From a virus: a DNA stretch of 64,000 nucleotides. The notes under the pieces are model-generated. The model ran no database searches. It was not told the origin of the DNA and saw only the letters and a program-made list of their open reading frames with translations. The DNA is taken from positions 64,001 to 128,000 of IMG/VR virus record IMGVR_UViG_3300020057_000027, one strand, 5' to 3'. The position numbers and the translations under genes are program-made. Positions 39,023-50,893 of the stretch are shown one piece after another (within the stretch, counting starts at the first letter, position 1; each line of letters starts with the position of its first letter).

Positions 39023-42000
39023 CGACACACTAAGTTTCCGATTATACTTCTATCTACAGAGTAAAGGGTTTAAGTTGATATGATACACAAAGCTTCCGTA
39101 AATTACCAGAACGTACCATCTTGGAAACTTGTTTTGATTCTCAAAGACTGTAAAAAGCTGCTTGACAGTAGACCTGATTATAGTGTACAATTAAGAGAGA
39201 GGTTGAAGAACACTATTAAGCTACTGAGAAATATTTTAATTCAGAGACAGGTGTTAGCATGAAAGGTCGGTCACTAAATGAGTTTGAGCAGATTAGGTTT
39301 GAGTTAAACAAACGAGGTGTTACATTCCTGTGGATGAAAATTCTGGGTATTCGTTTTATGAGATAACAGAAAAGTTTTTAAGTGAGTTTAGAAAATGATT
39401 GATATAGTTATTCCTAGGTTGCTGAGTGGTTGCTGTGGAGCAAAGCTAATAAACGGAAGCATGTGTTCAGACTGTAAAGAACACGCTGATGTATATTGCG
39501 AGACGTGCGGTTCAGAATACGAGTACGGCACAGAGTCGTGTGTGGTGTGTGGTGCTAAAGAGATGACGATTGATGATGTACGAGACTTACTTGGACGTGC
39601 TGATGGTGAATAGGACGGCTTAGCGATTAAACGATATAGATTGATAATATGAAAACTACTTTTGATATTGATAACGAGATGGTGATGTTGGCTAATTCAG
39701 TTGTCACAGTAGTTAATGGACACGATGGAAAGTTTTATCTTCACGTCACAAAGTCACGGTCTAAAGAGCAGACAGATAAACCTATTGTGTGTGATAATAG
39801 AGAAGAGTTTGCAAAGATGCTTGTAAGAATTATGTTTGATGAAAAATGTTTTATTGAAAGAGTAATACAATGAAAGAAAAATACGTGCTATTAAAGAAAG
39901 AGTATTCAGAAGAAGATCTTTATGATCTTGAAAGAGACGTGTCAGAGATACATGACTTTCCTAAGGATGCGGAATATAAACGATTGAAGAACGATGATGA
40001 CTTCAAAGCTGGAACTTATTTGGTTACTATAGTTTATGTTCCTGGAGATGGTGATAGACTAGAAGGTGGTTCAGAACTTGACGAAGACGATGTGGATTTG
40101 GGAGGTAGTTAAATGGAACTTAATAGAGAACCAACACAAGCAGATATTAAAGAGTACGTAAGACAAGCACTTTGCAGAATGTTAAATGATGCACTTGAGT
40201 TGAATGATCTACAGTTACAACGTGGAGAAGATCCAGCAGTGGTGAAAGCTACTGAAGAGGATATAATGGAAGACTTTCAAATGATGCTTGACTGGTTTAG
40301 ATTAACAGAGTATAATAAACAGAGAAGGTAAAATTATGTCAACCATTTACATAGTGCGAGGCCAAACTGGTATATACGACGATCATTATGAATGGAATGT
40401 AATGGCATTTACCGATAAACAACAAGCACAATTTAGGGTTTCTATTCTTCATACTATATTAAAAGAACATAATGCACTTTATGAAAATGGTATTGATTGC
40501 GCCGCTTATAATGATAAAGATGTAAAAGCATTACTGGAATCTGAAATAAAAAACTTTGACCCACACTTTTCTTTAGATTATACCGGAACAGAATATCAAA
40601 TTGAAGAACTTGAATTGGTATGAGTAAAAAGAAACTATCAGACAAAGAACTAATCATGAGGTCTGGAGCTTTACTTGCTGAGATGTATCAGGTTATTGGT
40701 GATGCGATGTTTACGTTGGATGAAAAGCGTATAACACAGAAAGAAAAACTTAGAGTAGGAAAGAGATTGCTTGATGCTGCTGATCTAATAGACGCTGAAA
40801 TGGCTAACTGGAATAGCAGATTGAATACTAGAAAACAATGTGATGCTTTTGATAAAGCACTTGACTATGTTAATAAGAAGATGAAGTATGAGTAAGAAAG
40901 TATTTGTTCCAGATCTATGTTCGGCTAATGTAAAGATTTATTCTTCACTGGAAGAAGCAAACGAGGTGCAAGGTTTTGTGCATCCAGGAGATACTTGTCC
41001 TACATATATGGACGCTCTTATGTTTATTAAGAAGCACACCGAAGAAGATTTACAATATCAAGAAGCCACAGCATGTACAGCACATGCTTGGGCGAATCGT
41101 GATAGAGAAAATCTTATTAAAGTAAAGAAAGAAATTAGAAGTCTATTAACAGGTAGGAAGAATGGAACTAAGAGATAGACTATTTTTATGCTTGTATTTC
41201 TTGATGTGATAGTGTATACTTTAGTCTTTATGCAATTGAGGAATTTAATATGAGTAATCCAGTAGAAGATATAGTAGCAGAAAAAGTAGCACAAGAAATT
41301 ATTACGGTTGAGGAAATTAAAGAAGTCCTTGAGGCCATATCTACATATACTGCACTGCTAGATGTTATAGTACAAAATTTTGAACAGCGCATAGGCGCAT
41401 TGGAGTTATAACATGGTAGACGTAAAATCAATATTAGCAGAATATGATATCTTTGAAGACGATTTCGGATTCACTGGTGTATCAGAAGATGAAATGAATC
41501 AAGCGGTAGATCAAGCGGTTGCTGCCACAGAGGAAGAAACAATTGCTGAGTATAAAGCAAAATTGCTTGAGGTAGAAAAATTGATTATGCCATTCTTAGG
41601 TAAGCTGCTAAAGACTAATGAAACATTTATCAAGTGGCCACCAGATATTCGTAAACCGACAATACAAAAACAGATTGAAAAGATTTTAGCTATAACTAGG
41701 AGTTAATATGACTGAAGATACACCACAAGTAACACTAACAGAGCCAACACCACAAGTTGTTGGAGCTATTGATGCTGAGCCGTTAGCAATTCTTCCAGAT
41801 ACTAAGAGACTGGCGCGAGATAAGTTGATTCATAGACTACAAGTAACAAGCGTGAGGCTTGCGCGAAGACAGACTGGAAATCTTAGTCGTTTGGGAAATC
41901 TTCTTAGACGTGTTAATGGACTTAGAAAGCAGTTAGGTTTTCCTACACTTACATTAGCACAGTTCAGAGGATTTAATCCGCCACCATCTGCGGAATAACA

Positions 42001-43269
42001 AAAGGAAGAGTAATGTGTGAGAGGTGACTGGAACTTTCTATTGCCTTGGGTGATTCCGATCTTGTGGGTGATATTAGGTATAATACATTATAGGAGTTAA
42101 TTATGAGTTATTTGAGAGTGAACAGCGTACAAGGAGAATTAGTCCTTGACGTTGATAGAATCGGAGGTGTTGGTGAAGTATTTGCCAATTCAGCTTTAGG
42201 TGGACAAGATGATGCTTTTATTAGTGTAGCATTATTTCTTTCTGGTTATCAAATAACAGTATATGTTAGAGATGCAGAACAGAAAGATAAACTTATTGAA
42301 GCAGTGAAAGATATTCTTAATCAAAGAAAAATTAGACAGCCAATGAAGGTGATTGAAGTATGAGCTTACCATCAGTCGAACTCTCAAGAATTTTAAATAA
42401 TTTGTGCGCGAGATGAAGCAATGGAAATTTTGAAACACGCATGTACTCAATATGCTTCTGGTACTATTCATCCTGAAGACATGGAACTATTTGAACATGA
42501 TTTAGAAGTTATATTCAAAGAATTAGATCTTGCTAATAATGCGTTGAATGATGTACAGTTAAAGCAATAATATGGAGCGCATAGATACTAATAAGGAACA
42601 AGCATTATCAGATATTAAAGTAAAAGCATTGTTAGTTATAGAAGCACTTTGTTTTGGTGAGGTAAAGATAGACCAATTAAAACAAAACGAATTGATATAT
42701 AAATTTTCTCATGCTGCTTTAAGTAAAAATGTTTGTAACCGATGTAATCATTCCGATTGGGAAAAAAGAGCTTAATCAATGGTACTCTGATTTAACTGGA
42801 GCCGGCATAATATAAGTTGAATATGAAACACTTCTATAATCCACAATATGACTGCTTGGATATAGAACACGTCATGTTTTTGCGCGAGGTTTTAATTCAA
42901 TTAAAACACGAAGTTGTATCCATTCCAGAAGAGTATCTGATGGAAGAAGATGTGCGAATATATTTGGAAGATAGATTTGATTGGTTTGCTAAACTACAGT
43001 TAGAACTTGACTTATTGTTACTGGACGTGATACACTAATAGTATGGGTAAAAAGAAAAAGATAATTGAGCTTCCAAAAACTAAGAATCCTGATGTAGGAG
43101 TTATTGAGTTTGTGTTAGATGCGAGAGCTACTGAATTGAGAAATAAAATTGAAGAATTAAATTCTGAAGTAGAAGATCTATCAAACGAATTAGAAGAAGT
43201 TGAAAACGCACTTACTGAATTAGGTATTGTAACTGATGTACTATTAGATAATAATTTATTGAAGGACGA

Positions 43270-43854
43270 GTGATGAGTATACAGGGTAGATTTAAAAAGA
43301 TTTTCGGATTCAAAGAACAGTATCTTCATGAGACTTCTATTGGACGTATCTATCAACACTCTCAAGAAAAAACTATTGGGATGATGACTGCTTTTAGAAG
43401 TGAGTTCGAGTTAAAAGAAAACATAAGACGCAATCAGCAATTGAAATTTAGTATACAAACTAATGGTTTTGGTTTTATTAATTTAACTGGGCACTATGTA
43501 GAAAACGGAAAGCCCGTTGTTGAACAGAGCTTTTTAATTATTAGTTCCCCTGATGATAACGGTAAACTGAAAGGATTCTTAAAAGCTTCAGGACATAAAT
43601 GGAATCAAGACAGTGTTCTGTATAAAGAATTCGGTGAAAAAGCTATGCTGATCGGAACATCTGCCGGTAATGATACTAATGGTAATCCACGTTGGCCTGG
43701 CCTGGGCACTGAAGTTACTGTTGGTGATTGGAAAGCAAATAAGATAGGACAATTTTACAGTCAATTAAAAGGTCGAGGTAATCGAACATTCGTGTTTGAA
43801 TCTGCCGACTATGAGCCAAATTTATTCACAAAAGCATATAGAGGTAGAGTATGA
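43270..43854 (+). CDS. Putative S-adenosylmethionine lyase (T3 SAMase-like)
   Basis: TAFRS, EN..R, LTGHYVE, PVVEQS and WNQDSVLYK are colinear with T3 gp0.3 motifs as I recall them. Confidence 0.65.
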   Translation: MMSIQGRFKKIFGFKEQYLHETSIGRIYQHSQEKTIGMMTAFRSEFELKENIRRNQQLKFSIQTNGFGFINLTGHYVENGKPVVEQSFLIISSPDDNGKLKGFLKASGHKWNQDSVLYKEFGEKAMLIGTSAGNDTNGNPRWPGLGTEVTVGDWKANKIGQFYSQLKGRGNRTFVFESADYEPNLFTKAYRGRV

Positions 43855-46487
43855 ACAATTTTGAAAACCATTTAGAGGGTACTTATATTCCATACACCGG
43901 CGGGCGATTTTATACGTTTGTTGAAAGGGATGTATTTGAAGATTATTTCGATAAGATTGATGATGAATCATTAGAAGATTTAACTGTGGGTGAAACGTAT
44001 ACTTTCTTCCGTGTTGTTAAAGACCAGAAGACCGATGAGGTTTTGTTTGTCAAAATTACCGGAGAGATTATTTCAATAAATGAAACAGAGATGGTTTTTA
44101 TCCATACTGGAACATTGGGTAAGGTAATGAGTTTGGATAACTTTCTTGAGAACTGGTTTTTCATGTCAGGTAAAGTATAATAAATAGGTCTATTAGTTTA
44201 TAGAGGTAATACAAATGGCAACATATCATACAACAGAAGAAGAAGCGGCAATCAGAGCATTAAGCACAAGAGATCTAGCAAAGAAAAATAACAAGATGCT
44301 GAATGAAGCACTTGTTGCGGATACTCCAGATAAGAAACTTAAACATAGTGAATGTAAAGCTATTGTAAGAGAAGAGCTTGCCACTAGAGGTATTCTTTCC
44401 TCATCGGCCGAAGAGCGTTTGATTGATGGCACTGAATTAGTATAAGGATAATTTCATTATGTTAGAATTGAATGATTATGAAAAAGGTCAAGTAAAAGAT
44501 GCTATTCGGATAGCTTGCGAACATTATGGATATGGTTCATCCCTATCTAGTCCATATGCACTTAAATTTGTGCTTAATAAGAAATTAGAAAGTATTCGCA
44601 ATTCTCAATATCAAGGTATTAATGATAGTACACTTCTTTTAAACACTGGAACATCTGCCATGCTAATTCGTGCTGCTATTGCTTTTTTAGAAAAGGAATA
44701 TCAAGTATGAAAGTTGGTGAATTAATTGAATTACTAAAGACAGCTCCACAAGATCTTGAAGTGTTAGTTCCAGGATATGAAGGTGGATTTGATGACATAA
44801 CTCGGGCCGTTACAGACTATGTAACATTTAATGCTAATAAGGAATGGTGGATGGGTTCACATGATGTTATTGAACCTAATCAGGTAAAAGACACAGAAAG
44901 GCCAAACGCATTGCTATTAAGGACTACTCGTAATGAAAGAAAACTCGGCGCAGAAAGCGATTAAAGACTTTCTATTAAATGAAGTCCTTAGACGTGATGA
45001 TACTATATCGGAACGTGAGTTAAAACTTACTGAAGCGATGATCCGCGCGAAGCTGGCAGAGCTTGTTGTCCAAGTAGAAAAATTAGATGATAAATCTTCC
45101 GCAGATGCTTATAATAGCTATTTGCTTACCGCACTATCATTAAAAATAATACTATCATATTCAAAAAAGTTGAGGGCCGATGCAGTGGTTTAAAAAGCTA
45201 TTTAAGAAATCACTTAATACTCAATTAAATGAGGCAGCACACGAATTCAAAGATCTTGATGCTAATGATATTGGTTCAGCTACTAGTACAGCATCTACTC
45301 ATCCAGTAACACATTCATGGAGTCAAAATGCTCATAATGTTCATATACCGATGGGAGCTGTTCCGGGAATAATGGGTGCCCACGTTCATACTCCACCAAG
45401 CCAGAATCCAGTTTATGCGGGTGTAGGAATTCCTAATAATTTTAATATTCAAAAAAGAGATAGGTCAGTAACTTCATATAGAGCGCGGGAATATGTGGAT
45501 AAACTCAATTTAAAAATCGCCAGTCTAATAAGAATAAGACTTGTTGCTAAGACACAAGAAGAAAAAGACGCATTGACGTTATCAATTGATATATTAGAAA
45601 TGAGCAGGGAACTTGTAACGGAAGTATTTGTCAATCAACTAAAAGATTAATATGAAACTTTTTAAAGATGTGGGGTTTCTATTAAGGTGGTATGATAAAG
45701 AAGATCTATTATATTTCTATGAGCAATTACAGAATAGAATAACCAATACAGTTAAGAGTGAAACGACAGATAACGAAAAGCTTCAGGGATACATCTGGAA
45801 GATAATGGCTACTACTATTGAACGTTGTCTTCCTCAAAGTAGAAGATATACAAGAATAAACGAAAAACAGAGAGAAGAGTTCTGCCAATTAATATCAGAT
45901 AGAATGAAAGATTTGAATGTACAGTATCAAGATTACACAATAACAAAACAAGAAAGAGAAACTATATTGTTTAGTTTATATGCAATGAAGTTTCTTTTGG
46001 CCTTAGCAAAACACGATGACCTATTTTAGGAGACAATATGAATAAGAATAAATTAAATGAACTTGTGGCTCGCATCGAAGCTAAACTGGATAAAATGCCA
46101 GATAATACTAAGAAGACAAAAGAGAAAGAAGATATTCTCTTGACAAAAGGTATATTAGAGTTTATACTGATGTTAGCTCAAAATGAATTGAGTAAAAATT
46201 CTGAAAATGGATTAGTGGCAACACTAGAGGAAGTATATAACTTAACACACGATGAGTAGAGATATATTAGACGCATTTGAAAGGAGGCATGGGAAGAGAC
46301 AGTTTGAAAATGAACAACTTCCTAAGTTGACTGGCGTTGAAAAAAGATTATTTTGTGATAGACTACAAACTAAAATAGTAGCATTACAAAATCAATTGGA
46401 TAAAGAGAGTGGTTCAAATTTAGATAATCTTAAACTATCTCAGATGACTTTAATGTGGATATACGATCAAGTTTTTTATGGTAAATT

Positions 46488-47066
46488 ATGAAAGATGAAT
46501 TAGAGAAAGAAATAACAGATAGTTGTCCTAAACTTTTCAGATCGTTCTGGGAAGAGAGACAAAAACTTAATGATCAATGGGCCGCTAAAGGTCGAGAACC
46601 TTTTCATCCGATTGCTTTTGGTTTTGAGTGTGGTGGTGGGTGGTTTCCTATCCTAAAAGAACTATGCTTAAAGATTGAAGCATTAATCAATACATTACCG
46701 TTAGACGAACAGCAAAATTTTCATGTTGCTCAGGTTAAAGAAAAGTTTGGCGGACTTAGATTCTATATGCATGGCGAGACTGATGAAATGAGTAAACTTA
46801 TCAGAGAAGCAGAAGAAAAATGTGATTCTACTTGTGAGACTTGTTCCGCTCCATCTATCCAATTAGGTCAGGGCTGGATTGTTAATGCTTGTCGGCCGTG
46901 TTGGGTGAAGTATGCAGTCGGCCACAGTTATCGCTATGATACTGATGAAGAATCCCAAGGAAAGTATTATGATGATACTGTAAAGCGCATTAATAAACGT
47001 AAGACCGCACTAGCAAGAGTAAACAAACTAAGAACTAGTAAGGGTTTAGAAATCCGTCATTATTAA
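46488..47066 (+). CDS. Conserved phage hypothetical protein
   Basis: GFECG.GW, QVKEKFGGLRFY, TCETC. Confidence 0.65.
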   Translation: MKDELEKEITDSCPKLFRSFWEERQKLNDQWAAKGREPFHPIAFGFECGGGWFPILKELCLKIEALINTLPLDEQQNFHVAQVKEKFGGLRFYMHGETDEMSKLIREAEEKCDSTCETCSAPSIQLGQGWIVNACRPCWVKYAVGHSYRYDTDEESQGKYYDDTVKRINKRKTALARVNKLRTSKGLEIRHY

Positions 47067-47107
47067 ATTGAACAAAATCAATACCTTATAGTCTCTTGGA
47101 ATAACTG

Positions 47108-47137
47108 TTGACAGTGACGGATAATCCATGATATACT
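47108..47137 (+). promoter_or_regulatory. Early promoter
   Basis: TTGACA-18-TATACT with TCCATGA before the -10. Confidence 0.8.
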
Positions 47138-47537
47138 TATAGTATAGAGAGTGAGTTGATATCAAATTCATTCTGAGGTGTTTACGGTTTCCACCTTTCC
47201 CACCAGAGACATATAAACCGTTTATTTTATAATGAGGTATTGAACATGATTACACAAAACGAATTGAACAAACTAAGCAGAGAAGAACTAAGAGAATTAA
47301 ATCATCGTATCGTAGTAGCTTTAAACTATAAGCAAGCCGCACTAGCAATTACCTTTAGTGTTGGAGATCGGGTTTCCTTCACAGGAAAATATAATCAAAA
47401 ATTAACTGGTCAAGTTACCAAAGTAAACCTAAAAAGCATTAAAGTTAAAGATATTAATAATGGAAACTGGAAATGTTCACCAAGTCTATTAACTAAAATC
47501 TAATAAAATCAACCACTTAGATATCGTGGAATAGTTG

Positions 47538-47567
47538 TTGACAGTAGCAGTTATTCCATGATATACT
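47538..47567 (+). promoter_or_regulatory. Early promoter
   Basis: TTGACA-18-TATACT; near copy of the 47108 and 49076 promoters. Confidence 0.8.
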
Positions 47568-47605
47568 ATAAGTATAGACAATAAGAACTAAGAGGTAGTT
47601 ATATT

Positions 47606-47892
47606 ATGATTCAATTAAGTGATACGCAAGTAAAAAAAATTAAGCAAGTGACTGGATATCGTGGTCGTAATGTTAAACTAGAAAACTTTAAACCTGGAAT
47701 GGGTTTAGCTTCATATTGGGATGAGGGTTCTAAAAATAATTTTTGGATAATGGTCATGCGGTTCCGGTTTCATCTAATGGTGGACCGTTTCAAAAAAATG
47801 AAATCAAACTTGAAAATCTTGAAGCTAATCAAGTTGTAGCTGAAGTTAGTATTTTCAGAGGTAAATCAGTAGCTTTATATATTCATTCATAA
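47606..47892 (+). pseudogene. Frameshifted phage ORF (decay or assembly indel)
   Basis: YRGR..SYWDEGS N-half; protein-like continuation (VVAEVSIFRGKSVALYIHS*) lies in another frame from about 47745. Confidence 0.45.
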
Positions 47893-49075
47893 GAGGTAAA
47901 TCATGAGTACAGCAACAATAATTGAAAGTCCGGAAACTTTAGTTTTGTTTAGTTATACTACTCCGGTTGCTTATGTCAATAAGTTGACTGGAGAAGTTTT
48001 CAAGACAAGTAAAAAACATAGTAAGACTACTACTAAACATATCAATCAATTTTTTAGTGAGAAGGTTATTGGAAATACTCATTCTGCTTTTAACGTGATC
48101 GAAGTTGAGCAAGAGACATTAGACAAGAAATTTCCACTTAGCATTGTTAAACTATAAGAGGTAACATGAAAGCAATATATTTTCCAAGTAGAAAAGAAGA
48201 ACTATTGAAGCTATTAGAAGAGCTTAAAGACGTTGTACTAGCTAGTCGAAGTCTACTAGAGGGTGAGCATTATCGTGATGCTAGTGAGACGGTAAAGAGC
48301 TTGATTGAGACAATAGAAGAAAGAGAAGTTGAAGAAGTTGTTTTGGGAGATCAATATGAATAAAGAAAATTTAAATACTCCAAAACGTGTATGGGTGAAT
48401 TCACCTAGTACACTTCAACCATATCACGAGCTACACGGAAGAATTGGAATCGCAGTCTTAATAAAAGACGAAGTACGAATTTACTTCACGGAAGGTTCAG
48501 TTCATAATCAGCAAATAGATCCTTTATATCTTTCGGAGAAACATTAATATGAAAAATGAAATATCAGTTGTGCTTAATGGGGTTGTTATTGGTAAGGTTT
48601 ATGAGCTATCAGATCGTTGGGTTGCTCAGCCGTCGTGGTCGCTTTATAGTTGTTCGTTTCTTAGCAGTGAAGAAGCAATAATTGAACTTAAATTCCATTA
48701 TCAAACAAGTCAATTGCAATCAGGTAATCATCAAATACAATAGAGGTATCAATGAATAGTGAAGACATTAAACGTTATCAAAGAGCTTTTGAGCAGGGTA
48801 GACAAGACGTATTAAACAAAACAGATACACTAGAGCTTGCAAGAGACGAAAAGGAATATGAATTCTATATCAAAGGTCGTAAAGATGCTGGAGAGATTCC
48901 AGTTAAAGTTGAACCACGGATTGAAGGTTATTCAAGACAAACTGCGGAAACTGAAAACGTTAATCCACTTAAAACTATACTCTTCTAAGAAAAACTCGTA
49001 GTTCTAAATGGGTAATATACTGGTTTCATTACCCTATTTCCGTTACTTATTACCCTATTATATTCCAAATAAGTA

Positions 49076-49105
49076 TTGACAAGAGCATTGGATCTATGGT
49101 ATACT
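49076..49105 (+). promoter_or_regulatory. Early promoter
   Basis: TTGACA-18-TATACT; shares TATACTATAAGTATAGACAATAAGAA with 47562. Confidence 0.8.
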
Positions 49106-49462
49106 ATAAGTATAGACAATAAGAATAAGAGGTAATGAGAATGAAAATTGAATTTAGTTTATTGAATAAGAAGTATAATGAAGCATTGAAGCTGGTTAAA
49201 AGTCCAGAGAATGAATCAAGTATTGTTAAGAACGTTCCGCTTGAGGTACTAGACAAGGTTAAAGAGATATTGAAAGAGACGTTTCCGAATTCAAAGTTTT
49301 ATGTTAAGTATAGAGGTCCAAGACAAGCTGTTGGATCTGCTAGTGGTACGTGTTGGAAAAAGTTTGCTAAGTCGGCAGCTATATATTTCAAAACGTCATA
49401 TGATTATGAGACAAGAACTTGGAAGTATCAGTAATTAGAGAGCTTATAAGGTTTAAAATTAT

Positions 49463-49571
49463 GCCGGGCTAGCTCAACGAAAGAGCGGCCAAAGAACACC
49501 GCACTGTCCGTGTTGAGGACAGAGAGCGGATTCTGGTGTAAGGGTTCCGGGTTAAACTCCCGGGCCCGGCG
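49463..49571 (+). ncRNA. tRNA-like RNA with a greatly extended anticodon-position arm
   Basis: Acceptor GCCGGGC/GCCCGGC, D arm GCTC/GAGC, T arm CCGGG-TTAAACT-CCCGG; no CCA. Confidence 0.65.
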
Positions 49572-49686
49572 GCTTATAAGGTAGCGTTGGAAGACGAGAA
49601 AATAACACGAGGCGACTGTACGCGCCTACTCTAATGAAAAGTTTTTTTATGTTGACAGTATATGATTAATCTGGTATTATTATAAT

Positions 49687-50379
49687 ATGGGTTGCGATAT
49701 TCACATATATCCTGAGTGGTACTCTAAGAAAGACCAACTAGAAAGTATACCAGAAAAATCTGTTTGGATTCATTCCGCTTGTTCTGAATTTCATGTTGGT
49801 AGAAATTACGAGCTGTTTAGTATAATGGCTCAAGTAAGAGGTGCTTCTCCATTTGGTTATTCACCAAGAGGTTTACCCGATGATCCAGCTCCTGGATTTG
49901 ATGCTAGTTACAAATATAAACTAATAGTAATACCCGATGAAGAATTAAAAGAATCAGGTTCGTCGGATTTTGGACAGTCTTTTGTTGCAAAGAGTATAGC
50001 AGAAAATTGGAAAACCTGTTTATGTTATTCAATCAAAGTATTACAAGATGCAGATCCAGAAAACAGAAAAAGAGAAGAGATCATGCATCCAGATTATCAT
50101 TCTCATTCGTGGTTGACCACAAAAGAATTATTTCACGTTAGACAGATCTATCTAAGAGAGCAGATCGAATTTAATTACTCCCAATATGATATGACAAAGA
50201 AGAAAGTTAAACCTCTTCTTAAAAAGCTTGATGATTGTCCAGACCCTATAGACCTGTTCAATATAAATTTTGGTAATTTTGAATATACTAGTCTTAATGC
50301 TTTGATTGGTATGTTATATTCTGCTGAGAGAACTGATCCAGATACGCAAGGTAGAATAGTTTTTTGGTTTGATAGTTAA
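49687..50379 (+). CDS. Conserved phage hypothetical protein
   Basis: MGCDIH, RNYELF..MA.VR, PRGLP.D, HSHSWLT, RIVFWFDS. Confidence 0.7.
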   Translation: MGCDIHIYPEWYSKKDQLESIPEKSVWIHSACSEFHVGRNYELFSIMAQVRGASPFGYSPRGLPDDPAPGFDASYKYKLIVIPDEELKESGSSDFGQSFVAKSIAENWKTCLCYSIKVLQDADPENRKREEIMHPDYHSHSWLTTKELFHVRQIYLREQIEFNYSQYDMTKKKVKPLLKKLDDCPDPIDLFNINFGNFEYTSLNALIGMLYSAERTDPDTQGRIVFWFDS

Positions 50380-50665
50380 AGGAAATATATTATGTTTAAA
50401 TACCCTGAATCGTTTGTTGCTAAGTGTAAAGAAGTTTATCCTGATTGGGAAGATCTCCATTATCAATTGAATCTCAATAGTCGAGCAGTTGGTAATATTC
50501 TTGAGCGTGGAGTAGGTTTCTCATTAGATGAAGAGATGATTATATCATTATTCAGAAACAAGAAAGAAACTAAAATTTTAGAAGCTGCTAAGAGAGCTAA
50601 ACTTAAACGAGATCTTTATAGAGAGTGGACAGAAGTGGTAGATACAATCATAGAGCATAACGGGC

Positions 50666-50833
50666 ATGAGGTTTAGAGTGTCAGAAGACGAAGTGAAAGT
50701 TGTTTTTAAATGTGGTGTAGGTGAAGCACTAGCAATGATTATTTCATGGAGTCTTCATAAGTCTTTAATTTGGGCTATAGTTCATGGACTGTTTGGCTGG
50801 TTCTACGTCATTTATTATATCATCGTAAGGTAA
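50666..50833 (+). CDS. Small membrane protein (55 aa, not in ORF track)
   Basis: LAMIISWSLHKSLIWAIVHGLFGWFYVIYY. Confidence 0.6.
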   Translation: MRFRVSEDEVKVVFKCGVGEALAMIISWSLHKSLIWAIVHGLFGWFYVIYYIIVR

Positions 50834-50893
50834 TATAGGTTTCTAAAACTGAACTAAATATCTCTATGATTGATAAAACATATGTAGAGATTT

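Larger units (their letters stand above)
26404..50833 (+). other. About 24-kb early/accessory region of many small co-oriented hypothetical ORFs
   Basis: Densely packed, mostly 55-230 aa plus-strand ORFs, many sigma70-like promoters; sits between the gp27-like gene and gp5. Confidence 0.85.
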
